NCBI GenBank assembly: GCA_949282205.1
Contig: CASDOS010000059.1
Location: 6,135-70,134 of the forward strand
DNA length: 64,000 bases
Reading direction: 5' to 3'
From: an uncultured Alphaproteobacteria bacterium
GTDB taxonomy: Bacteria; Pseudomonadota; Alphaproteobacteria; RF32; CAG-239
Shown: positions 29,051-39,269 of the stretch, in pieces
Layout of the letters: each line of letters begins with the position of its first letter
Position numbering within the stretch: the stretch's first letter is position 1
Translations under genes and position numbers: made by a program
Notes under the pieces: model-generated
Seen by the model: the letters and a program-made list of their open reading frames with translations, nothing else
Told to the model about the DNA's origin: nothing
Databases searched by the model: none

Positions 29051-30028
29051 TTATGCTAAGAATCTATAAGAGCACTTAACAAAAACTTTAAGAGCGGCAA
29101 CATTACCTAATAACCAATCATTCTCATCTTCTTTTTTCAAAAACCCAAAAGGAAAGTGATAAAAATAATCGTTTCCTAAACAGATGAAGTTATTGTGTAA
29201 AGAATGTAAACCTAAAGCACGCACCGTATAGTCAAAGTCATAGCGCTTTTTAGCTAAAGATTTGGCAAAATGCAAATCCATAGGCACATAATCGTTTGAG
29301 CAAGAAGAATCAAATTTTGGCGAGTTGGGGTTAAGAAATTCGACATTGACGGCTATATATCTATTAAGATAAATAGATATCGGACGAATTCCCTGACGTA
29401 ACTTATAAGTTTTGACTCCATCGGCATATTCGACCGGCAAAGGAAGTTCATGCATTTTCAGAGAAAAATACTTCCACCAACTGATTTTTGCAATTAAGAC
29501 CAAATGATGAGATAGTCCCAAATTATTATATTTATCAAGTTCGTAGTACCGTTCTTGAGTTATAAAGTCAGCTGTATTTTTGTTCCAATGGATTTGGCAA
29601 AAAAGTCCCGCAGCCCAAAGACATCTTCCTAATTTAGTATTAAAAAAAGAATTCAGATATAAAAATCTTCTGATTTTCAAAGCCGAAGCCAAACAAAATC
29701 TAGGTTTTATCCGAGCATATTGCGGCGAATAGGTAACAAATTTTCGTGTATCATCGGCAATTTGTCTGGAAGCATCATAATACAAATCATAAAGATAATC
29801 CGGTTTAGCGATGACAAATCCCAATAGACCTGCGGAAATAACCGTTCCGTATGCATCATTTTCTTTGGGTTGATAAGAAGAACAAAATCCTTTACCAACA
29901 ACAAAAGTTTTAGCAAAAAAGCGAATAAAAATTAAGGAGCTGAGCAAAATAAAAAGACCGATAACGCCCCCAGTCACCCAAGGGTTAATAAGGCAAATCC
30001 AATTTTTGAATTCAACTAACATTTCCAT
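29051..30028 (-). CDS. Hypothetical membrane-anchored protein
   Basis: N-terminal TM helix; ORF only. Confidence 0.45.
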   Translation of the reverse strand: MEMLVEFKNWICLINPWVTGGVIGLFILLSSLIFIRFFAKTFVVGKGFCSSYQPKENDAYGTVISAGLLGFVIAKPDYLYDLYYDASRQIADDTRKFVTYSPQYARIKPRFCLASALKIRRFLYLNSFFNTKLGRCLWAAGLFCQIHWNKNTADFITQERYYELDKYNNLGLSHHLVLIAKISWWKYFSLKMHELPLPVEYADGVKTYKLRQGIRPISIYLNRYIAVNVEFLNPNSPKFDSSCSNDYVPMDLHFAKSLAKKRYDFDYTVRALGLHSLHNNFICLGNDYFYHFPFGFLKKEDENDWLLGNVAALKVFVKCSYRFLA

Positions 30029-30421
30029 AATGATAAAATTAAAAAAGATTAAACAAAATAAGAATTAACTAAGCGCAATTTAGCACAGATTTATATTTTG
30101 TCAATTTTTTTAGAAAAGATATTTTACAAGTAGGGATGGATAAAAGAAAAAGGCTCTCGATATTTTGAAAGCCTTAAATTTTAATGGTTGTGCTTTCAAC
30201 CCAAAGTGAGGAAAAATATAAGAAATAATGCCTTGATTCTGCATAATATTAAAAAATATCAAACCATTAGCAAAAATCAGCCACCTCAGACCTTCAAAAT
30301 CTTAAATATTCCAAAACCATATATATAAATCCATTATATTTCCTCCAATTAATTTGAAAAAAAAACAAGATTTTTGGGAATTTAAATAATATCATTTCCA
30401 CCTGATAATCAACCATAATAC

Positions 30422-31174
30422 CTAAAACAAGCATCCTTTTGTAGGTATTTGTTCATTATGTCTATTAAGGACGAATATTACAGATATTAATGCTGTGTAT
30501 ATTCCTGTTAATGCGACATTTCGATGGTTCATCATTTGTTCTTCAAATAATTTGTCCTGTACTGAAAATGTATTGCCGACAATAAAGGGGGATAAGTGCT
30601 TAAAAGAGCACAAAGTTTGATAATTTTCATAGAGTAGATCAATATCTAAGTTTTCTTCAAAAAAACTAATACCTTGATTATGAAATAATTCTTTAAAATG
30701 AGGAAAAGCAATCTTGCTTAAATCTTTGATGCTGTTTGCAAAGCTTTTATACCAATTTTTATCATAACTATTGAAATCTGCTGTGTTTTTACCTTTTCCA
30801 TTATAAAATCGTTCACAATTATAATAGTGCATACGTTGTAGAGTTTTTTCTTGCCAGTGTGGATTTATAGGTAAACTTTTTAGTTGTTCTATAAAAGCAA
30901 ATTCATAATAATCCCGACCTTTGGTATCATACAGTTTATCAATGCACAGTAGTTGTATTTGGGCTTCAGTTGCCTGGCAGACTAAAGAACAAGCAGTAAA
31001 TATACGATTGTTTTCCAATAAAGAAAAAGCATCTCGGCAAAGAGCCAAAATTGCACTAGATAAAATTCTCAGAGATAAAAGCGCTGTACTATTAGTTTTC
31101 TTAAATTCTATATTTCCCATAATATTAGTTAAGGCCTGTTTAATCAGAGGAACAAAATTTTTTTCAGAGGTCAT
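30422..31174 (-). CDS. Hypothetical protein, last gene of the Fic/PTP operon
   Basis: Overlaps the stop of the PTP gene by 11 nt. Confidence 0.5.
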   Translation of the reverse strand: MTSEKNFVPLIKQALTNIMGNIEFKKTNSTALLSLRILSSAILALCRDAFSLLENNRIFTACSLVCQATEAQIQLLCIDKLYDTKGRDYYEFAFIEQLKSLPINPHWQEKTLQRMHYYNCERFYNGKGKNTADFNSYDKNWYKSFANSIKDLSKIAFPHFKELFHNQGISFFEENLDIDLLYENYQTLCSFKHLSPFIVGNTFSVQDKLFEEQMMNHRNVALTGIYTALISVIFVLNRHNEQIPTKGCLF

Positions 31175-31640
31175 TGTTCAAATTTCCTTTTAAATACTCT
31201 AAAAAAGCCTGACAACCCTCAACAATATCCCAGTAAGTCTCGTCAAAATTCCCGGTGTACCACGGATCTTTAATATTGCGCGGATGGTCTGTAAAGTCCA
31301 GCAGACGATAGATTTTGTGTTCGGTATCCATGCCAATCAATGATTGAATGTCTTCAATATTGCTGTCATCCATTGCCAGGATATAATCAAAATACGCATA
31401 ATCATGTGGGCGTATACGACGGGAATAATGCTCTTCAAACGGTATATGCATGGATTTCAGCATTTGGCGTGTTCCATGATGAATACCGGCATGGCACATC
31501 TCGTTGTAACTTTCCGTTGCCGCGGAATCTATTTCAAACTTATCTGCCAGCCCTTTTTCTGCGACCATTTGTTTCAACACAAACTCCGCCATCGGTGACC
31601 GGCAAATATTTCCAAGACAGACAAATAAAACTTTAATCAT
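31164..31640 (-). CDS. Low-molecular-weight protein-tyrosine phosphatase (arsenate-reductase fold)
   Basis: VLFVCLGNICRSPMAE P-loop CX5R. Confidence 0.8.
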   Translation of the reverse strand: MIKVLFVCLGNICRSPMAEFVLKQMVAEKGLADKFEIDSAATESYNEMCHAGIHHGTRQMLKSMHIPFEEHYSRRIRPHDYAYFDYILAMDDSNIEDIQSLIGMDTEHKIYRLLDFTDHPRNIKDPWYTGNFDETYWDIVEGCQAFLEYLKGNLNNDL

Positions 31641-31646
31641 TGCACC

Positions 31647-32696
31647 TTATTTCTGATCATTCAAGACTTCCCAGTGGCCACCTTTGTCCGGTCCGATACG
31701 GCGAATAAGCCCTTTTTCTTTCAATAAGGCAATTTGTTTAGCAATAGCCCGGCGGGAAATATTTAAAAGTTGGGCTAATTCCGTGGTTGTTATTTCCGGA
31801 TTTTGTTTCATCAATTCTAAAATTTTCTGTGAACTTTTCTGTGAACTTTTCTGTGAACTTTCTTTTCCGGACATTGTACTGTCTTTTATCTGCATTTCGC
31901 GATTATCCAACAGATTCTTTTCACCTAACAACAGATTCCCGAAAAATTTATTTAGATATTCCATTGTATAATAAATATCTTGATTCAGATTTTGATAATT
32001 TGCCCGTACCAAAGCATTACGAAAATACTTGGAATTTTGCTCAAAAAGATCGTTATTGGTTACAAATCCCAAAGTATAAAGATATTTAATGATAAAAACC
32101 GCAGTTGCACGGGTGTTTCCCTCACCGAAGGGATGGATTTGCCAGATTCCAGACGTAAATTTAGCCAGTTGTTCCACTTTTTCACGTTTAGACAGCCCTT
32201 TATAATTAAACTTTTTTTCCTGCCCAAAATCATAATCAAGCGTTTCCATAATACTGTCAGCCCGACCGTAAATAACCGTATCACCGTTTAATATCGGTTC
32301 TTTTTTGGTAATATCGTATGCGCGGATTTTGCCGGCAATTTCATCGTCAAATATTCCGCTAAATAAAGCCTTATGAATGGAAATTAATTCAGCGGGACTG
32401 AAAGAAAAAGTATGTGTGCTTAAAAGTTTTGCAATTCGGGCAGAAACCTCATCCGCTTCTTTTTCATTATGCTCCTTGAGGGTTTTGGCCGGATTTTTTT
32501 TGTAATACTGACTGACCTGTTCGCCGGCCTCATCAATAGAGATTTTTCCTTCAATATTATCCTTTGCAACTTCAATCAGATATTTGGACGGGGTCAGATT
32601 ATCAACCTGCTGTAAACCAATGGCAATACCCCAGTTTTCAGCCTTTTGTGATTTTTCCGGCTCCCCCTGCTTTTTATACTCTTCAAAATGTTCCAT
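31647..32696 (-). CDS. Fic/Doc-family protein with C-terminal winged-helix domain
   Basis: HPFGEGNTRAT Fic motif; the C-terminal wHTH is shared with the 34462-34977 product. Confidence 0.8.
   Translation of the reverse strand: MEHFEEYKKQGEPEKSQKAENWGIAIGLQQVDNLTPSKYLIEVAKDNIEGKISIDEAGEQVSQYYKKNPAKTLKEHNEKEADEVSARIAKLLSTHTFSFSPAELISIHKALFSGIFDDEIAGKIRAYDITKKEPILNGDTVIYGRADSIMETLDYDFGQEKKFNYKGLSKREKVEQLAKFTSGIWQIHPFGEGNTRATAVFIIKYLYTLGFVTNNDLFEQNSKYFRNALVRANYQNLNQDIYYTMEYLNKFFGNLLLGEKNLLDNREMQIKDSTMSGKESSQKSSQKSSQKILELMKQNPEITTTELAQLLNISRRAIAKQIALLKEKGLIRRIGPDKGGHWEVLNDQK
31825..31860 (-). repeat. 12-bp x 3 perfect in-frame tandem repeat (ttctgtgaactt) encoding SQKS-type repeats in the Fic gene
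   Basis: Read directly. Confidence 0.9.
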
Positions 32697-32775
32697 AATA
32701 CCTCCGGCAATAACTGGCTAAGTATAACCAAACAGACGGTAAAAATCAAGTTAACAAGACAAATTACAAGCAATT

Positions 32776-33498
32776 TCAGCGGATAAACTTATTTATTTGC
32801 ATATCATACGTTGTTTCGTCCATATCATACCAATTCGGCTGTTTAGACAGATCAACGAAGTATTTTTTTGTCAGTTCTCGCAAATCATACTCTCCTTGAT
32901 CCCAAATGACAGGATAGCCTAATTTTCTAAGCCGTATAAATGCACGCATGGCATAAACAGTATTGCGGTGACAGCGGGAAAAATAGAAAACCCATTTGTT
33001 GGAGGCATACTGCTGATAATTCTTTTTATCATAGCCTACATTTTTGTGATTATAGCCTTGTTTCCATAAAAAGCCTGGATTAAAGTTACCTACAGACGTT
33101 TCCCAGGGATGCCCCAGATGGACATAGTTAAACAGCCACCACTTGAACTCTTCTGGACTATCGTGGTCTCGGTCGGCCAAAACACCTTCCGGATGTCCGT
33201 AGTCAGAATAAAACATTTGCCTTCCATCCATTGTCCTTCGTGCAACTTCTTCCGCCTCCATGTTTTTGAAATTAACCAGTCTATCTTCATATCCAAAACG
33301 TTTTGAAAAACCATTCTCATCGCAAAAAGCCAATTCTATTTCTTTAACCAGTTCAAAATATTTGTTTAAGGTTAAATTTTCGATAGGCTGTGGAAGTTTG
33401 CCTTGCAACTGCATCATTAAATATCTATGGACTTCTTTTCTTTCTTCATCTGATAGGAAAAAACTTCCCAATCCGAATACTCTTTTTGTTCTACTCAT
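32776..33498 (-). CDS. Hypothetical protein
   Basis: ORF only. Confidence 0.45.
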   Translation of the reverse strand: MSRTKRVFGLGSFFLSDEERKEVHRYLMMQLQGKLPQPIENLTLNKYFELVKEIELAFCDENGFSKRFGYEDRLVNFKNMEAEEVARRTMDGRQMFYSDYGHPEGVLADRDHDSPEEFKWWLFNYVHLGHPWETSVGNFNPGFLWKQGYNHKNVGYDKKNYQQYASNKWVFYFSRCHRNTVYAMRAFIRLRKLGYPVIWDQGEYDLRELTKKYFVDLSKQPNWYDMDETTYDMQINKFIR

Positions 33499-33578
33499 TT
33501 AATTTACCTTTCTATCTCTCAGTTTATCCATCTGCATGCGCGCTTCCTTAAGCAATCAGAATACCTGTTTCAAGAGAC

Positions 33579-34136
33579 TTAATTGTTATGTTCATTTCTT
33601 ATTCTCCGTTTTTCAAACCATTGCTCAGATTTGGTTTCCGTATTCATTTCCCATAATTCCTCAAAACGCTGTTGATAAATTTTTGCATAATCAGGTTCAT
33701 TTATCAAAAACAAGCAATTTTCGCTGTTTTTGCTGGTAGCGGCATTCGTCCAGTTGAACGAACCGGTTGATGCGGATTTTCCGTCAAAGACAGCAAATTT
33801 GTTATGTTCAATCTTATTTTTTGTATGCACTCGGATATTCAGGCCATTGCTATGCATTTCCTCAACTTTTGAGTACTTTCCAGAAGCTTGCAACTTATCT
33901 GTCAGGATACGAATGGAAACATCCCTTTGTCTGGCTCTGTACAGGGCATCTATAATTTGTTGATTGTTTATGGAATACACAGCAACATCAATAGAGCTCT
34001 GGCTGTTATTAATAAATTCGATAATTTTTTCTTCACACACTTTTGACGGAGTAAAAGCTATTTCCACCACGGGATGGGCGGTCTGAACCGTTAAGCAGTA
34101 ATATAAAAGTGCATAAAAAAATATTTTTAGCATCAA
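33579..34136 (-). CDS. Secreted phospholipase-D-family (HKD) nuclease, Nuc-like
   Basis: Signal peptide; HNKFAVFDGKSASTGSFNWT HxK(x)4D motif. Confidence 0.7.
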   Translation of the reverse strand: MMLKIFFYALLYYCLTVQTAHPVVEIAFTPSKVCEEKIIEFINNSQSSIDVAVYSINNQQIIDALYRARQRDVSIRILTDKLQASGKYSKVEEMHSNGLNIRVHTKNKIEHNKFAVFDGKSASTGSFNWTNAATSKNSENCLFLINEPDYAKIYQQRFEELWEMNTETKSEQWFEKRRIRNEHNN

Positions 34137-34461
34137 CCCACATATAAAAAGACCACCTTGGAATTAAGGCGGCCGGAGAGTTAAGAAATCATCCTTATGA
34201 GTTGATCCTTTTAGCCTTTTGAAGTCCGGGGACTCCTGTTGCATACGCTAAAAGCTCCCCGACCAAAACACAGTTTCAATCGGGGATATATTCATCACCG
34301 CCCGCAAAATGCAGACGACAAATCTAACGGCGAATATCCCACGCCGCATAAGGAAAGGTTTCTTACGACCTCCGCGCCATTTTTCCGGCGCTAAGCACAG
34401 ACAGTAAACCCATGCCTATGCATACACTACAATAATAATGTAAAAAATCAATAAAGAAATT

Positions 34462-34977
34462 TTATCTCCGAACCAGCCACATGCCGTTTTTTGCAGCGCC
34501 TATTCGGGCGACTTTCTTCTCTTTAACAAGCTGATACAGCCTCCATTCCACCGATTTTGGCGTAATTTCAAGAGCCAGTGCCAGCTCATTCATTGTCATT
34601 TTCGGATTATTTGAAAGTAAATCAAGGATTTTCTTACGTATTTCTTCCCTGTTTTTCTTTCCTGTTATCCGATTATTGGGGATGATTTTTCTAAAACCGA
34701 GAAAATTACGAATAAAGTCGTAGTTTTCCAACAACTTGAGCAAATCATAGGCCTTCAATCCAGTACCTTTGTTGTACCAGTTGCGTACTGTATACAAATT
34801 TAGGGAAAGATCATGAGCGACATGTTTTGATACATTGCGCCGATAATGCTCTGCCAGCATTCTTTTCAGCGCTTCAGATAAATCTCCGTTGTTTGTAAAA
34901 ACAATGACGTCAAGTGTTTTTTTGCACCACTTCTGGTGCTTTTTAGTATTAGACATTTTATATCCTTTCATTAACAA
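34462..34977 (-). CDS. Winged-helix DNA-binding regulator
   Basis: C-terminal KMTMNELALALEITPKSVEWRLYQL wHTH; divergent from the recombinase gene. Confidence 0.5.
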   Translation of the reverse strand: MLMKGYKMSNTKKHQKWCKKTLDVIVFTNNGDLSEALKRMLAEHYRRNVSKHVAHDLSLNLYTVRNWYNKGTGLKAYDLLKLLENYDFIRNFLGFRKIIPNNRITGKKNREEIRKKILDLLSNNPKMTMNELALALEITPKSVEWRLYQLVKEKKVARIGAAKNGMWLVRR

Positions 34978-35033
34978 TTAAAAAGAAATGGTACAATGCC
35001 ATTGAAAATTTTTAATGTTAAGAAGAGAAAAAT

Positions 35034-36587
35034 ATGCTGTTAAACTATACAAAAATGGAGGAGAAAACAAAAGCGGCCGCATATGTACGCATGTCGACGG
35101 AACACCAGAAATATTCCCCGGAAAATCAAATGGCGGCAATACGAGACTATGCGGATAAGCACGGCTACGAAATAATACAAATATATTCTGATGAGGGGAA
35201 AAGCGGTTTAAATATTGCCGGTAGAGCATCTTTGCAACGGATGATTGATGATGTTCAAAACAAAAACGTCAAATACAAGGCCATATTGGTTCTGGATGTC
35301 ACGCGTTGGGGAAGATTCCAAGATGCGGACGAAAGCGCCTACTACGAATATATATGCAAACGTTCCGGGGTTCGCGTGCAGTACTGTGCCGAGCAATTTG
35401 AAAATGACGACAGTCCGATATCCACTATTGTCAAAGGCGTGAAAAGAACAATGGCCGCAGAATACAGCCGGGAACTGTCGGGCAAAGTATTTACGGGACA
35501 GTCAAGGCTTATAACACTGGGATACAGACAGGGCGGCCCCGCCGGGTACGGCTTGAGAAGAATGTTGATTGATGAATATGGAAATCATAAGGGAATTTTG
35601 GCACGGGGTGAACATAAGAGCATTGCAACAGATCGGGTAATCTTGGTGCCGGGATCTGAAGAAGAACAGGAAAACGTCCGTTGGATGTACAGGGCGTTTG
35701 TCTGCGAAGGCAGAAACGAAGGATGGATAGCTGATGAACTGAACCGCAGGGGTGTTAGAACGGATCTAAACAAAGAGTGGACTAAAGCAACGGTTCGGGA
35801 AGTTCTCAGCAATGAAAAATATATAGGGAACAACATATTCAACCGCATATCATTTAAGTTGAAAATAAAAAGGGTACGCAATCCAGAAGACATGTGGATC
35901 AGGAAAGATCAGGCTTTTCAGGGTATCGTCGACCCCAGTCTATTTTTTATGGCTAAAGGGATATTTGCCGCCCGATGCAGAAAACTCTCCGATGAAGAAA
36001 TGTTGCAAAAACTTAAAGAATTGCAGGATAAAAAAGGATATTTATCAGCCATAGTCATAGATGAGGCAGAAGACATGCCTTCCAGCGCAGCTTATTCGGG
36101 ACGGTTTGGTGGATTGGTACGCGCCTACCGGCTGATTGGTTTTGATCCGGGACGGGATTTCAGATATGTCGAGATTAACAGATATTTGCGGGAGTTGCAT
36201 CAGGAAAATATCCAAGACACCATACAAAAGCTTATGGATTGCGGAGCGGAGGTTAAACTAAATGAAAGTGGAAATTTGCTTAATGTTAACGATATGTTTT
36301 CTGCATCTTTGGTCATTTGCCGATGCAACAGCCTAAACAACGGAAAATACCGCTGGAAAGTACGCTTTGACACGATTCTCAATCCTGATGTAACCATCGC
36401 CGTCAGGATGAAGGCGGATAATGCCAGCGTGTTAGACTATTACCTGCTTCCTTCACTGGATTTTAGACTTCCAAATATAAAATTGGATGAACACAATGCG
36501 GGATTTATCGATTCTTACCGTTTTGAGAACATGGACTATCTTTACGAAATGGCGAAATGCATATCTATCCGGGAGGTAAAACAATGA
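35034..36587 (+). CDS. Large serine recombinase (resolvase catalytic domain + recombinase + zinc-ribbon region)
   Basis: AAYVRMSTEHQ...SPENQ...GKSG catalytic serine region; 517 aa. Confidence 0.85.
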   Translation: MLLNYTKMEEKTKAAAYVRMSTEHQKYSPENQMAAIRDYADKHGYEIIQIYSDEGKSGLNIAGRASLQRMIDDVQNKNVKYKAILVLDVTRWGRFQDADESAYYEYICKRSGVRVQYCAEQFENDDSPISTIVKGVKRTMAAEYSRELSGKVFTGQSRLITLGYRQGGPAGYGLRRMLIDEYGNHKGILARGEHKSIATDRVILVPGSEEEQENVRWMYRAFVCEGRNEGWIADELNRRGVRTDLNKEWTKATVREVLSNEKYIGNNIFNRISFKLKIKRVRNPEDMWIRKDQAFQGIVDPSLFFMAKGIFAARCRKLSDEEMLQKLKELQDKKGYLSAIVIDEAEDMPSSAAYSGRFGGLVRAYRLIGFDPGRDFRYVEINRYLRELHQENIQDTIQKLMDCGAEVKLNESGNLLNVNDMFSASLVICRCNSLNNGKYRWKVRFDTILNPDVTIAVRMKADNASVLDYYLLPSLDFRLPNIKLDEHNAGFIDSYRFENMDYLYEMAKCISIREVKQ

Positions 36588-37453
36588 ACAGAGAATTGCG
36601 CAACGTGGAAATCAATAAAATTTTCGTGCTGAATCCCAGAGAACGTAACAAACAAATAGCCAAAGAAATCCGTCAGAATATTGAAGATGTTGGATTAAAG
36701 CGCCCGATTACGATTTCAAAAAAAGCTGTTCCACAAGATGGATATGAATATGATTTAGTTTGTGGACAAGGCAGGCTTGAAGCCTATATGGCAAAAAATC
36801 AAACAACTATTCCTGCTATTATTGTTGATGCCAATGAGGAAGATTCTCTTATCATGAGTCTGGTTGAAAACATCGCCCGCAAAAATTACCAGCCGTATGA
36901 GCTTTTTAAAAATGTGAAACAGCTGAGAGACAATGGTTACAATTCCAATGAAATAGCGGAGAAAACAGGATTGGGAAAGGATTACATCAACCAAATGTTA
37001 AAATTGCAGGATCGTGGCGAAGAAAGATTAATTAATGCCGTTGAAACAAACAAAGTGCCGCTGAACGTTGCAATTCAAATCATAGAAACGCCGGACAGTG
37101 AAATGCAATCACTGTTGCAGGATGCCTATGAACAAAATCTAATCCGCGGAAATAAAATCGGACAAATAAAAAAAATCATAGAACAACGTAAAAAAAGCGG
37201 AAAAGGCCTGCGCTCAAGAGCGCATCAGCACAAACCTCTATCTCCGGCGGATTTAAACAAGATATATGAACAGGAAATAAGCAAAAAGCGTTTGCTAATC
37301 AGGAAAGCGGATAAAGTAGAAAGTACGCTTATATTCTTGATTGAAAGTTTTAAGAAACTTTTGGCAGATAGTAATTTTGCCAACCTGCTAAAAGCTGAAA
37401 ATTTAGAAAAATTGCCGCAATTTATATCGGAAAAGGTCAATCAAGATGTCTGA
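36557..37453 (+). CDS. ParB/Srx-fold protein with HTH (ParB-like 1)
   Basis: GLKRPITI...CGQGRLEAY...VENIARKN ParB boxes plus HTH. Confidence 0.6.
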   Translation: MHIYPGGKTMNRELRNVEINKIFVLNPRERNKQIAKEIRQNIEDVGLKRPITISKKAVPQDGYEYDLVCGQGRLEAYMAKNQTTIPAIIVDANEEDSLIMSLVENIARKNYQPYELFKNVKQLRDNGYNSNEIAEKTGLGKDYINQMLKLQDRGEERLINAVETNKVPLNVAIQIIETPDSEMQSLLQDAYEQNLIRGNKIGQIKKIIEQRKKSGKGLRSRAHQHKPLSPADLNKIYEQEISKKRLLIRKADKVESTLIFLIESFKKLLADSNFANLLKAENLEKLPQFISEKVNQDV

Positions 37454-38351
37454 ACAACTATTGCTTCCCGCCTTTGAAAACGAAATTCTCGAGATTAATA
37501 TTGAAGAATTGCATTTTTCTAAGGACATTCCTCCTCAATTATTAATGGGTAGAAAATTTCAGGTTATTCTCGCCTCAATAAAGGAAGTAGGAATTATCGA
37601 ACCTCCCGTTGTTACGGTGAAAAATGGAAAATATCTCTTGCTTGATGGACATCTGAGAGTTTCAGCGCTCAAACAACTTGGTTTTTCAATGGTCAGTTGT
37701 CTAATGTCCAAAGATGATGAAGCCTTTACCTACAATAAACATGTCAATCGTCTATCCAATGTCCAAGAGCACAAAATGATCGTCAAAGCCATAGAACGCG
37801 GAGTCACGCCTGAGCGGCTCGCAAAAGCCTTGGATTTTGACGTTGCAAACATTATCAGAAAAAAGAACCTGTTAGATGGTATCTGTGCCGAAGCAGCGGA
37901 AATACTCAACGATAAAATCATCTCCGGCAGTGTCTTCACATATTTAAAGAAAATGAAGCCGCAACGCCAAGTCGAAGCCGCGTACCTTATGACGGACATG
38001 GGAAATTTCAGCGCAAAATTCGCTCGTTCCATTTGGCTGGCAAGTTCTGACAAACAATTGGTAAATCCTATTAAACGTTCTTGCACGTTGGACATGGAAA
38101 AGCTTGGACGGCTCGAAAATGAAGTGTCTAAAATCCAAGGAGAATACAAAATTATGGAAGACAAATACGGTATTGACGTCCTCAATCTAACTTTGGTAAA
38201 AGGATACATTAGAAGTATTTTTGCCAATCCCAGAGTTGTCGGATACCTCAAAACGCACGAACCGGAAATTTATCAGCAGTTTGCCTCTATAGTGGAGCTT
38301 GACAGCATCAATACCGACAATGACAACCTTATTCAAAGAGCGACATTTTAA
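37446..38351 (+). CDS. ParB/Srx-fold protein (ParB-like 2)
   Basis: GIIEPPVV...LLLDGHLRVSALKQLG. Confidence 0.55.
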   Translation: MSEQLLLPAFENEILEINIEELHFSKDIPPQLLMGRKFQVILASIKEVGIIEPPVVTVKNGKYLLLDGHLRVSALKQLGFSMVSCLMSKDDEAFTYNKHVNRLSNVQEHKMIVKAIERGVTPERLAKALDFDVANIIRKKNLLDGICAEAAEILNDKIISGSVFTYLKKMKPQRQVEAAYLMTDMGNFSAKFARSIWLASSDKQLVNPIKRSCTLDMEKLGRLENEVSKIQGEYKIMEDKYGIDVLNLTLVKGYIRSIFANPRVVGYLKTHEPEIYQQFASIVELDSINTDNDNLIQRATF

Positions 38352-38356
38352 TCATT

Positions 38357-39205
38357 TTGGGGAATGACGGAAGCAATTATATGAAAATACGCATTTTATC
38401 TGATTTGCATCTGGATATAAACCAGAAAATTCCCTTTTTATTGGAAGACAAGGAAATTTTTACAGTATTATGCGGTGATATTTCAGGAAATCCCGAACAA
38501 ACAATAGAATGGATAAATCAAAACATAAAACAAGGCGTTTTTGTTGAAGGCAACCACATTGGCTACGATTCGCAACATTCAATCCAGTATATAGAGAACC
38601 TCTTGTCCTCCGAGTATCCAACCACCGCCACGGTGACATACCTCAAAAATGGTTTCAAAATGGTAGACGACATTGTTTTTGTCGGTGGAATTTTATGGAC
38701 GGATTTTAACTTATATGGCAAAGCATTTCAGACACTGCATAAATTATATGCTTCTCAGTTGATGAATGATTTTCGCTATAACTACACCAACACCAAACAT
38801 ATCAAAGAAGAAAACAGAAAAAACTTTCAGGAATTGGTGGCCAAAGAATGGATTCGCCAACTTCGTCCCAACGATACTGAAAAAATGTTTAACTCCACTC
38901 TGAAAAGCATAGATCATGCATGCCAAAAATTTTCTAACAAAAAAATTGTTGTGGTTACGCACCATGCTCCAAGCATAAAGTCCATTCCAGATATCTATCT
39001 TTCTGACAAAACAACTCCGGCCTTTGCCAGCAATCTGGAACAATTTATCTTGAACCGCCCCAATATTAAACTTTGGTGTCATGGCCACATTCATACTGCC
39101 TGCGACTATCATATAGGCAATTGTCGCGTGGTTTGTAATCCTAGAGGTTATGTACAACTCAGAGAAAGTAACCAATTTAACAATAATTGGATAGTTAAAA
39201 TGTAA
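38357..39205 (+). CDS. Calcineurin-like metallophosphoesterase
   Basis: LSDLHLD, GDISGNP, GNHIGYD, VTHHAP, GHIHT motifs. Confidence 0.7.
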   Translation: MGNDGSNYMKIRILSDLHLDINQKIPFLLEDKEIFTVLCGDISGNPEQTIEWINQNIKQGVFVEGNHIGYDSQHSIQYIENLLSSEYPTTATVTYLKNGFKMVDDIVFVGGILWTDFNLYGKAFQTLHKLYASQLMNDFRYNYTNTKHIKEENRKNFQELVAKEWIRQLRPNDTEKMFNSTLKSIDHACQKFSNKKIVVVTHHAPSIKSIPDIYLSDKTTPAFASNLEQFILNRPNIKLWCHGHIHTACDYHIGNCRVVCNPRGYVQLRESNQFNNNWIVKM

Positions 39206-39269
39206 CCCATCTATACTATACCACATAAAAAATAATTTTGATCACTATCTACTAAAACAAACAGTCTTC

